The position numbers were made by a program, and so were the translations under genes. DNA of 26,514 bases from positions 1 to 26,514 of the IMG/VR virus record IMGVR_UViG_3300042997_002643, one strand, 5' to 3'. Origin of the DNA: a virus (taxonomy: Duplodnaviria > Caudoviricetes). The notes beneath the pieces are model-generated. The model was not told the origin of the DNA, ran no database searches, and worked only from the letters and a program-made list of their open reading frames with translations. Below, piece by piece: positions 1 to 8,349 of the stretch (positions are counted from its first letter, which is position 1; each line of letters starts with the position of its first letter).

Positions 1-1236
1 TCAGCGATCCGCCCGCGAGAGAAAGCCCTGCTTGAACAGGACAACAACGTTCAGCACGCCCATGGCGACCTTGAACAGAAGATACAACCCGGCGGCGACC
101 GCGAAGATCCACCAATGGGCGAAGCACCAGGCCGCAACATTGATGATCGTCTGGAACACCGTCGCGATCGTGCCGAGCGTGTCCTGGGCGGTCTGCAGCG
201 TGTCGTTCGCCTTGCCGAGCAAGCCTGACTGATCAACCCCGCCGCCAATACCGAGCAGACCGAGCAGCCAGCCGATATTTCCGAAACCGTCGAGCGTCTT
301 GATCTGGCTGTTGCCGCTGTCGCGCAGATCCTTCGCTGTCGCATCAGCACGCGCGGCCGCCACACGGCGCGGCCCGGCCGTCAGGAGAGCGGAGGCGAAC
401 TCGGCGTCGATTGCTTCCGAGGGCTTCAGCCCGTTCTGCTTGCGGAATTCCCTGATCGCCGATTTCGTGCGGTCGCCCATCAGGCCATCCGGGTTGCCGA
501 CTTCCGTGTAACCTTTGCTCGAAAGCATTTCCTGCTGATCATACAGAACAGCGTCGCCGTCGGGATGCAGACCCGGGCGCGCCTTTTCGGGCGTGGTGAC
601 GACCGCAGCGTCCTTGCCGCGCAGGACATTCCACAGAGTCGACAAGATGCCTGGACGCTTCACCGCGACCGGCGCCGGCGCCGTCACCACGTCGGACGGC
701 GCGGCTGCGGCCGGTGTAGCCGCCGGTTTGCTGCGGGCAAGCGCCTTGCCGAACACGATGCGCTGCGCCTCGATCCAGTCAGCGGCGGGCCATGGCATCG
801 CCTTGCCGGCCTCGTGCGCAGCCTGCGCCTTCAGGAAAGCAATGCCCGACGGGCCCGACCAGAACGCATCGTTCATGATCGTGTCATCGGTCAGGCCGGG
901 CACCCGCTTTTTGCAGTAGGCAATATAGTCGGGAACATTGTTGCCACCCGACCACGTCGCGATCGCGTCGGCGAAGCGCTTGTTTTTATACTTTGGCGAA
1001 GTGCGCCAGAGGTCCAGCTGCGCGCAGATGCCCTGCACCGGGGTGTCAAACACTGCGATATTGTTGCCCTGGCCGGTGCCGTCACTGAGATACACCGTCT
1101 GCGTCGATCCCCATTTGAGCGGGATCTTCGCATTGGTGGGCACCGTCGCGCCGCCGGCCGGCCGCTTGCCGGTGCGCCCCCACATGGCGCCGGGGTTTCT
1201 GTAGCGGATTGCAGCGGGATCTCGTTTTGCAGCCAT
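1..1236 (-). CDS. Modular endolysin / peptidoglycan hydrolase: lysozyme-like N-terminal domain, PG_binding_1 domain, C-terminal transmembrane segments (411 aa)
   Basis: Start reassigned to ATG 1236 (MAAKRDP) with SD GAGGTG at 1241-1246. IRYRNPGAM...IAVFDTPVQG...AIATWSGGNN..DYIAY resembles the RNNNPGN lysozyme-like family. QEMLSSKGY..GNPDGLMGDRTKSAIREFRKQNGL is a PG-binding repeat. The C-terminus is hydrophobic. Located after the tail genes. Confidence 0.75.
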   Translation of the reverse strand: MAAKRDPAAIRYRNPGAMWGRTGKRPAGGATVPTNAKIPLKWGSTQTVYLSDGTGQGNNIAVFDTPVQGICAQLDLWRTSPKYKNKRFADAIATWSGGNNVPDYIAYCKKRVPGLTDDTIMNDAFWSGPSGIAFLKAQAAHEAGKAMPWPAADWIEAQRIVFGKALARSKPAATPAAAAPSDVVTAPAPVAVKRPGILSTLWNVLRGKDAAVVTTPEKARPGLHPDGDAVLYDQQEMLSSKGYTEVGNPDGLMGDRTKSAIREFRKQNGLKPSEAIDAEFASALLTAGPRRVAAARADATAKDLRDSGNSQIKTLDGFGNIGWLLGLLGIGGGVDQSGLLGKANDTLQTAQDTLGTIATVFQTIINVAAWCFAHWWIFAVAAGLYLLFKVAMGVLNVVVLFKQGFLSRADR

Positions 1237-1268
1237 GGCGCACCTCGCGGTTGAGGTCGCACCATGGC
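1232..1268 (-). promoter_or_regulatory. Hairpin occluding the SD and start codon of the lysin gene
   Basis: Inverted repeat GCCATGGCGCACCTC (1232-1246) / GAGGTCGCACCATGGC (1253-1268): 15 bp stem, one bulge, one G-U pair, 6-nt loop. Confidence 0.65.
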
Positions 1269-1290
1269 GTGCGGACAGCGGTGTTAACTC
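1261..1290 (-). promoter_or_regulatory. Putative late promoter for the lysin gene
   Basis: GAGTTAACACCG at 1279-1290; TTAACA-N15-CATGGT; intergenic, directly after the tailspike stop. Confidence 0.7.
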
Positions 1291-1292
1291 GG

Positions 1293-3332
1293 CTACTCGG
1301 CCGGCTCCCAGAACCACGTCGCTGTCGCCGCTAGCGAGGCTGGGATCATGATGCTCTGGCCAGGCTCCAGCCTGATCGGAATTGTGGAGATCGGACCGAC
1401 CGCGACGCGTTGTCCGCCGGACGAATAGTCGTGCCAGGCACGCTTCCAGATCTGCAGCGTCGCTGCGTTGGCGCCCAGCGCATCACCGTACACATAGACG
1501 ATGGCCGCCTGTCCCCATCGGTTTTTGAACCACGTTCCGCGCGGCGGCATCACGGGCTGGACCGACACAGGCGACCCGGGGCCGGGCGGCACTGACACAT
1601 TGCCGTCCCAGAAACTGCCGTTGCGCACCTTACCGATCAGGCTCTGGTTGTTTCTGCGCAGGATGAGCCCGTGGCCGCCGTAGACGCCAGCAATGTCGCT
1701 GTCATGGTTCTTGATGATCGCAATGCGCACGTCCCCGATGAGGTGACCTTCTGCGAGCAGACCTTGCCCGTCGGTGACATCGAAGACCCAGTCGCAAAGC
1801 GTCATCGTGCCGCCACTGATCTTGTTGAAGCCGTTGCCGCCAGCGTTCGGATTGTCGCACTTGAAGCACGTGCCAAGAACTTCCCAGTCTACATTGAACC
1901 ACGTACAGCCGAAGACCGAGCCGTTCCCGGCGATGTGGGTGCCGATCCTCGCATTGCCGTTCGCGCCGTGGAATTCGGTCATCGTGCAGTGCTGGACTTT
2001 GTGCGCGGTGCCGTAGAAGTCCGCAGCGCCGCCACCATGCGAAGCCGGCACGCCGCCGCAATTTGCCGTCAGATAGCACCAGCTGGTAACGAGGCCGGAG
2101 GTCAACACGCCGATGCTGTTGACGCTAGGCGCACGATTGGCGACGACGATCGGACCGAACCAGGTGCCGTTGAAATAGCAGGAGGTGTTGCCGCTGGGGA
2201 GTGTGTCGCCTTCGCCGATGAGAAGTCCGATCCCGTTCGTGCAATAGGACTCCACCGTGAAGCCCGCAAATTTGCCGTAGAAACACGCGTACTGGCCCGC
2301 AGACACCGGCCCTGTTCGATTGGTGATCTGAAATTGCGGCGAGGGGACCGACGTATCGATCATGAATGTCGTTTCGCCTTCGCCCGCACCGAGGAAACTG
2401 GTGCACACGATGGCGCCGACATCGAACAGCACTTGCTGCGCCCAGCGATACCTGCCAGGAGGCACGAGCAAATATGTCTTGAGCAGCCGCGCCGTGGTGT
2501 ACGCTATGTTGAAGGCTGCACTGTCGTCGGTCCCGACACCGCGCGAGATGCAGTCCGCCTTGGCGCCGAACATCTGCGGCGTGACGGGCGAGCTCGCCAG
2601 CTCCCACCACGCGCCATCCGCGGATTGAAATTTGCCGGCATGCGAAGGCTGCGACATCACGCGCCGATACAAGGCACCGCCATTGTCTCCCGGCACCGAG
2701 TAGCCAGCCGTTGAAACGTAGGTTACGCCGGGGCCGATATTCGAGACGCGCGCGGCGTCGCGGCTAGGAAACGCGGGAGACTGCAGGCCCGACACAGCAA
2801 GCGCGTTGATCTGCAGCTGCAGCGTGCCGTCGCGCGTGTCGACATATCCTTTCGTCGTCGCATCCGTCGGCAGCATCGGCTCGCCCAGATTGCGCAGCCG
2901 CAAGCCGAACATATTGCCGAGACTGGCCAGCGCCGAACTGTTCAGATCGCGCCTTACTTCCTGCAGCGCGAGGACGAGCTTGTCGATTTCCGCTTCCAGC
3001 TTTTGCGACTGCAACACGCCGGCGCGGGTGACATCCGTTGTGCGATCGGGGATCCGCACGCCGCGGATCTCCAGCTGGCTGCTCGCCGGCAGGGCGGCGT
3101 TCAGCGTCACCATGAAAAGGGCTGGGAAGGCCGTCGACGGTGACGCGGGCGTGACGGTGTACAAATTGCTTTCAATATAGGCTGCATTGCCGCCGCCGGG
3201 TGGCGACGACAGGAGCGCGACATCCCGCGCGTCGTAGAGCACGAACGGGATCGGGCCGAAGACAGTTTGTCCCGGGCCGGTGACGAAGCTCACCGTGCGG
3301 GTGCCGCGAGGGATCGGAAAGGTCAGGCTCAT
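1293..3332 (-). CDS. Tail fibre/tailspike with beta-helix (pectate lyase 3-like) depolymerase domain (679 aa)
   Basis: N-terminal podovirus tail-attachment region, then LRNLGEP..PTDATTKGYVD, TAGYSVPGDNGGALY..ADGAWWEL and VTPQMFGAKAD...TDDSAAFNIA...LLVPPGRY, the typical beta-helix start. G/N/T-rich C-terminal half. Confidence 0.8.
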   Translation of the reverse strand: MSLTFPIPRGTRTVSFVTGPGQTVFGPIPFVLYDARDVALLSSPPGGGNAAYIESNLYTVTPASPSTAFPALFMVTLNAALPASSQLEIRGVRIPDRTTDVTRAGVLQSQKLEAEIDKLVLALQEVRRDLNSSALASLGNMFGLRLRNLGEPMLPTDATTKGYVDTRDGTLQLQINALAVSGLQSPAFPSRDAARVSNIGPGVTYVSTAGYSVPGDNGGALYRRVMSQPSHAGKFQSADGAWWELASSPVTPQMFGAKADCISRGVGTDDSAAFNIAYTTARLLKTYLLVPPGRYRWAQQVLFDVGAIVCTSFLGAGEGETTFMIDTSVPSPQFQITNRTGPVSAGQYACFYGKFAGFTVESYCTNGIGLLIGEGDTLPSGNTSCYFNGTWFGPIVVANRAPSVNSIGVLTSGLVTSWCYLTANCGGVPASHGGGAADFYGTAHKVQHCTMTEFHGANGNARIGTHIAGNGSVFGCTWFNVDWEVLGTCFKCDNPNAGGNGFNKISGGTMTLCDWVFDVTDGQGLLAEGHLIGDVRIAIIKNHDSDIAGVYGGHGLILRRNNQSLIGKVRNGSFWDGNVSVPPGPGSPVSVQPVMPPRGTWFKNRWGQAAIVYVYGDALGANAATLQIWKRAWHDYSSGGQRVAVGPISTIPIRLEPGQSIMIPASLAATATWFWEPAE

Positions 3333-3339
3333 GGCGCGG

Positions 3340-3369
3340 ATGATCGCCGCGCCGGCCCGGTGTTAACTC
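3340..3369 (-). promoter_or_regulatory. Putative late promoter giving a leaderless tailspike mRNA
   Basis: GAGTTAACACCG at 3358-3369 overlaps the upstream TGA; TTAACA-N15-GATCAT-N7-ATG; no SD before the ATG. Confidence 0.7.
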
Positions 3370-5920
3370 AGGGCGCGACCAGCTGAGGTGCTCGATCTGG
3401 AACCGGCTCGCCGGGCCGCCACCAGTAGCCCTGGCCATGTTCGCGGAGCGCCTTGCGTTCTTCCTCGCGCCAGCGCCGATGGGCGTTCGGATCGACCTGA
3501 TATTGCAGCTGATCGAGCACCAGGCGCTTCCATGCGAGCCGCGCCTGCCACGCCGAGGACACGATCGGCATGTAGCGGCCGGCGAATTGCACTGCCTCGC
3601 GTCCAAAATTAGTATCTTTGCCGAGAATAGCCTGCCGAGCGTTACCCACCGTCAACTTGAACAGATCTGTCACGAGCCCGATGGTCGGGCCGGCGGCCTG
3701 TTCGCCCAGCGAGTAGCCCATCCGGTTGACGTCCGCGAGCAGGAAGTCGCCAAAGATGCCGAACCCGCCGCCGGTAGCCATCCCCTGCAACACGGTAGCC
3801 GTGCTCATCTTCTGCGGATCTTTGCCATTGGCAATCTGCTTGAGCTGCGTCGCGACGATGCCGCCAATCGTGAGCGGGATCATCAGCGCCGCCGCATAGC
3901 CGATACCCTTGCCGCTGGTGAAGCCGCCTTCCTGGGCGACGGTTTCCAGCTGTAGTGTGGTGAGCGACATCGAGAACGATTTGAACTGCGTGAAGCTCTC
4001 CAGCAGTTCGGTCGCGAAAGATCCTTTGGGACCGGCGCCGATCGCAAAGGATTTAGATCGCGCGGTCCCGGTCGGGACCGCACGTTCGGTTTCACCGAGG
4101 ATCATTTCGAGATAGCGTTCTGCTACCGCGCGATCGGTCGCCGCGATATCGAGAGGGCGCAACCAGCCCGCCGATCCCTTTTGCGGAATATGCGGAGCCA
4201 CAGCGCGCATCGTGTCCCACTGCGCCGCGTCGAAGCCGTACCCTTCCATCTTTGCTCGCAGCTGCTGCGGCAACTGATCGAAGGTCTTGCCGGTCATGTC
4301 GGCAAGGTGAGACTGGAAGTCGAGGGCGAACACCGACCTGCGAGCTTCAGTCATCGGCGCTAGGCCGGTAAGCGACACTGTGCGGTCAGCAAGCCAGCGC
4401 GACCAGGTGTGGCCGCCGAGCGTGCCGGCGTAGCGCGCTTCATCACCAGCGATGTGCAGGAACTCTTCCATGATGAGACCGGAGCGCAGCGCCTGGTCGC
4501 GCGGCGCACCAGTCATCGCGTCAATCACGCGTGACACTTGCCGCATGATCGGTAGACCGCTCATCATCGTCGAAACCGTATCCGCCCACACCTTCGCGTT
4601 GGAGCCCAGCAGATTGCCTGCACCAATGCCGATCGCCCGGCGGGCCGCAGCATCAACCGCAACGTCAGTTGCCGCCGCGGTGATCACAGCCGAGCCGAGC
4701 GCCGCCGATGTGATCAAGTTGCGAACATCGCCAGTGAATGTCGAAACCGACTGCGAGATCGTTCGCCGGCCGCGGATGAACCCATAGAGATCCTCGATCC
4801 GCTGCGCAGCCTTGCCTCCGAATTCTGACTTTGCGCCGATCGAGAACGTCTTGTCGTGGAACAGGGAGGGGTCGCCGACCATGCTTTTCGCATGCTCGCT
4901 CGACACCACCTGTTTCAGCCACTCGACCGTCGCGCCCGGGTTTGGGCCGAGGATCTCCATGTTGGCGATGTCGCCGGCCATTCCTTTGATGTGCTGGAAG
5001 ATCGCCGCGATCGGGTCTCCGCGGCCGAAATCGCGGGCATAGTCCAACCAGTCGTCGGGGGACTTGAAGTGCAGAAAGCGGTGCTCGGCGCGCTGATTGG
5101 CTAAGGCGCCGTTGCCGGTGGCTTGCGCCGATGGCGCGCGGTCGATCACGCCGTCGGTGACAACGCTACGCCAGATCTTGCGCAGGCTTTCGTCCAGCCG
5201 GGCAGGGATGAGAGGGCCTCCCGTCAACGGATCCTGCATGCGCGCCAGATCGAGCCGCGGGGAGATATAGGCTTTCCATGCGTCGAAACCGGCCGCCTGC
5301 AACGCCCGCGGGTCGTGCCACTGTGGAATATAGCCCCCCTTCAATTCACCGATTTCACCGCCGGCCGCGTTGAAGCGCTCGCGCAGGCGATCGAACGCGC
5401 CTGTCACCGCGTCGGCCATCGCCTTCACCTCCGGCTTGCCGGTCGGCTGGCCGAGGATCTCGCGAACCAGATCGGTCTCCGCCGGCTTGCTGTGGCGAAA
5501 GCCGGTGATCGAGTTGCGCTCAAAAGCCTGCAGCACGTCCGCCATCTCGCCATGGATGACGGAGACGATCGAGTTGGTTCTACCCTTCACGGACGAGGTC
5601 CCGCTGTAGCCGTAGTTTTCGAGCAGTCGCATCGCGCCTTCAAACACATCAGCCTTGCCATCTGGGCCAGTATAGGAGCGAAGATGTGCGGCGATCTCGG
5701 TTCGCTTTTGTGCGGAAAGGCTGGCGAGATAGCGCGTGCGCTGAGCGGCCGCATTGAGCTGCTGGGCGAGGGCAGTCTGCGCCGCCGCATTCGGATTGGC
5801 ATTCCCGGCGGCGGCAAACGCCGCGACATGCGTATTGTAGCGCTGCAGCAGATCGTCCGCCTGCTGTTGCGTGATCTCGCCCGCGCTGACGGAGTTGGTG
5901 AGACAGCTCTGGATGGTCAT
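3368..5920 (-). CDS. Internal virion (DNA ejection) protein (850 aa)
   Basis: Long helical ORF in the ejection-protein position. GYIPQWHD, RFLHFKSPDDWLDY, QFKSF and NGKDP..GGGFGIFGDFL motifs are typical of BPP-1-like internal proteins. ATGA overlap with the upstream gene. Confidence 0.7.
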   Translation of the reverse strand: MTIQSCLTNSVSAGEITQQQADDLLQRYNTHVAAFAAAGNANPNAAAQTALAQQLNAAAQRTRYLASLSAQKRTEIAAHLRSYTGPDGKADVFEGAMRLLENYGYSGTSSVKGRTNSIVSVIHGEMADVLQAFERNSITGFRHSKPAETDLVREILGQPTGKPEVKAMADAVTGAFDRLRERFNAAGGEIGELKGGYIPQWHDPRALQAAGFDAWKAYISPRLDLARMQDPLTGGPLIPARLDESLRKIWRSVVTDGVIDRAPSAQATGNGALANQRAEHRFLHFKSPDDWLDYARDFGRGDPIAAIFQHIKGMAGDIANMEILGPNPGATVEWLKQVVSSEHAKSMVGDPSLFHDKTFSIGAKSEFGGKAAQRIEDLYGFIRGRRTISQSVSTFTGDVRNLITSAALGSAVITAAATDVAVDAAARRAIGIGAGNLLGSNAKVWADTVSTMMSGLPIMRQVSRVIDAMTGAPRDQALRSGLIMEEFLHIAGDEARYAGTLGGHTWSRWLADRTVSLTGLAPMTEARRSVFALDFQSHLADMTGKTFDQLPQQLRAKMEGYGFDAAQWDTMRAVAPHIPQKGSAGWLRPLDIAATDRAVAERYLEMILGETERAVPTGTARSKSFAIGAGPKGSFATELLESFTQFKSFSMSLTTLQLETVAQEGGFTSGKGIGYAAALMIPLTIGGIVATQLKQIANGKDPQKMSTATVLQGMATGGGFGIFGDFLLADVNRMGYSLGEQAAGPTIGLVTDLFKLTVGNARQAILGKDTNFGREAVQFAGRYMPIVSSAWQARLAWKRLVLDQLQYQVDPNAHRRWREEERKALREHGQGYWWRPGEPVPDRAPQLVAP

Positions 5921-8349
5921 AGCCGGCAGCCCTTGATGAGATTGGCGAGCCCCTCCTGATGATCCGCCATCATGCCGACGGCTTCAGGTGTGGACAGGAT
6001 CATGGTGCCGTCCTCGCGCATCATCGGCACGAGGTCCATGACGTCGCGACGCGAGCCGTCCGGCATGTCGATCGCTACTGGCGGGTCTCCCGGCGCTCGA
6101 TCGCCGCCGCCAGCGCCTCGTGGTTGCGCGCCATTTGCTCCGCCTGCTCCGGCGTCGGCGCGTCCGGCTGTCCCGCCACCTGGCGAAGGGTCGCCGCCAT
6201 CTCGCGGTGCTGGTCCGCCGTCAAAAGGAATGTCCCAGCCATCGATCTCGCTCACTTTCGTGTTCTGGACGCGCGCTGCAGCAACCGCTTCAAAGCGGTC
6301 GGCGTCCTCCATAATAGCACGCTCGTAGGCGGAGAGCACGTCGGTCCCGCCTTCCTTTGTCATGATCTGCACAACCCGATCTTCGATCGCCTTGTCGATC
6401 TGGAAGGCGTTGTCGCCCGACGTCAGGGCGATGTCGTCATGCAGCTGCGCGATGATTTGATGGGCATCCCGATCCGCGGTATCGCGCTCGATCGGTATAC
6501 GGTCGAGCTTATACTGGCGCTGCCCTCGACTTTCGGCATCGAGCCGGTCCAGCAGATCGCGCGGAATGAGGCTGCCCTCCGCGCCGGAGACGTCGGCCGC
6601 ATCGAACATGTAGCCGCGCTCCTTCGCCAATCGCAGGGCATCATCGAGATCGCGGCCGGCGGGCCGGACCAGCGGTCCGAAGCTCGGCACGAATGGCCCC
6701 CGCGCGGTGCCGAAAATCGCGGCCAATTCGGGATCCGGTTTTAAGCCGCCTTCGCGGGCGAGCATCTCGAACAGTGACCAGGTTTCTGGGTCCGCTGCAG
6801 CGCGGCCGCGGGGCGTTCGCGGCAAGACTGGCGGAGGTGGGTTTGTATCGGATATCGCAGCCCGCCTACGCGCCTCGCCCTCAATTGCATCGGCCGCAAC
6901 CAGGCGAGCTTCCGCGGGCGTTTCCGGCGCCGCCTGGGCGAGGCGGGCCAGCACTGGTGCGTCCATGCTGGGATCTGGCGACAGCTCGCCCACGACCACG
7001 CCATGCTCCGGCGCGGCGCGGCCGGACTGCACCAGGCCGAACGCCTCGTCCGACAGGGCGGCTAGGCGGCCCGCCTGTTGCAAAGCCGGGTCGCCGGAGT
7101 GCAGGGCACCCTCAACCAGCGCCGGATCACCACGGAGCGCCGCAACGCCGTCCAGCGGTGTCACGGCCTCATCCATCACGCGCGCTGCAGCTGCGGTGTC
7201 GGGCGCCGTCACCGGCGGCGAGGCGACCGGCGGCGGCGGTTCGTTCGCGGGATCCTGCGCATGGCGGATGGCCTGCCGGGCGATCTCGTCGCCGGCGCCG
7301 GCCGGCAGACCTTCCGGCGCGTCAGCACGGGCGATGGCGGCGTGGCCGATGTCCTGCTCGGCCATGCCGAGGGCGGCTTTGGTTTCGGGATCGATCGTGG
7401 CGCCAAGGCTGCGGGCGGCCGCCTCTACATCGGCCGGGGTGCCGGTACCGTCCATGACGCGCTGCAGCGCCGCGCGATCGGCGCGGTAAAACTCGACACC
7501 GCCATGCACACCGCCGCCGATGATGGCGCCGAAAGCGAAGTTCAACCCGACATTTTCCAGCGACGGAACCACACCATTGCGCAGCCCGGCGTCACGTCGC
7601 CATTCCTGCACGGCCGGCTGTTCAATGGCGGAGATCCCGGCATTGAGCAGGCCTTGGCGCAGGGCGTTCCATCCGATGCGCGCGATGGCGGTGCCGGCGA
7701 CGCTCTCGCCGCCCGTGGCGAACAGGGCCGCCACCTGCAGCGGATCCCGCGCGGCAGCGCCGAGGCCACCCACCAGCGATGCGAGGAAACCGCCTTGATG
7801 ATTTTCCCCGTCATAGTCGGCGCTGATCGCGATCGCGCGCGCCTGGTCCTCGATCGACTGGCCGAAGTCGAGTGCCCTTGCCTTGTCAGGGTGGCTCGAC
7901 AGAACCTCACCCATACGCTCGTCGAAGATCCGGCGCTGCTGCGCGATGATCGACGCATAGCGGTTGTCCTGCAGATTGCCGGCGCCGCCTTCCTCGTCGA
8001 CGCGCCGCGAGGCATCGGCGAAATATCCGTCGCGAAACGGGTTCTCGAGAACGACGCCGGTTTGTTCCCGCACGATGGCAATGCGATAATCGGTCGCCTC
8101 CGCCATCGCGGCATTCTGCGAGCTGGTGAAGTTGACCAGCCGGTTCTGGCGATAGGCCGCGCGCACGCCAATGATGAAATCCTCGCGGTCCTTTCTGGTC
8201 GCATCGAAATCGTTCTCTGGACTGTTGACGCGGTCGAGGCCTTCCAGCGCGGAGCGATTGAGGTCTTTCAGCACCTCAGCCATGGTGGCGTTATTGCCGG
8301 GAGCGCCGAAGGTGATATCGGTCTCGCGGGGCTCGGAAAGAAACATCAC
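5917..8349 (-). CDS. Internal virion (ejection) protein (810 aa)
   Basis: Synteny; Gly/Ala-rich hydrophobic hairpin region (aa about 185-285) typical of membrane-channel ejection proteins; 4-nt overlaps with both neighbours. Confidence 0.65.
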   Translation of the reverse strand: MMFLSEPRETDITFGAPGNNATMAEVLKDLNRSALEGLDRVNSPENDFDATRKDREDFIIGVRAAYRQNRLVNFTSSQNAAMAEATDYRIAIVREQTGVVLENPFRDGYFADASRRVDEEGGAGNLQDNRYASIIAQQRRIFDERMGEVLSSHPDKARALDFGQSIEDQARAIAISADYDGENHQGGFLASLVGGLGAAARDPLQVAALFATGGESVAGTAIARIGWNALRQGLLNAGISAIEQPAVQEWRRDAGLRNGVVPSLENVGLNFAFGAIIGGGVHGGVEFYRADRAALQRVMDGTGTPADVEAAARSLGATIDPETKAALGMAEQDIGHAAIARADAPEGLPAGAGDEIARQAIRHAQDPANEPPPPVASPPVTAPDTAAAARVMDEAVTPLDGVAALRGDPALVEGALHSGDPALQQAGRLAALSDEAFGLVQSGRAAPEHGVVVGELSPDPSMDAPVLARLAQAAPETPAEARLVAADAIEGEARRRAAISDTNPPPPVLPRTPRGRAAADPETWSLFEMLAREGGLKPDPELAAIFGTARGPFVPSFGPLVRPAGRDLDDALRLAKERGYMFDAADVSGAEGSLIPRDLLDRLDAESRGQRQYKLDRIPIERDTADRDAHQIIAQLHDDIALTSGDNAFQIDKAIEDRVVQIMTKEGGTDVLSAYERAIMEDADRFEAVAAARVQNTKVSEIDGWDIPFDGGPAPRDGGDPSPGGGTAGRADAGAGGANGAQPRGAGGGDRAPGDPPVAIDMPDGSRRDVMDLVPMMREDGTMILSTPEAVGMMADHQEGLANLIKGCRL

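Noticed and set aside
1293-3332. BPP-1-type diversity-generating retroelement target
   Set aside because: No reverse transcriptase, avd or TR/VR repeat pair seen in the window; the fibre looks like a beta-helix, not a C-type lectin Mtd
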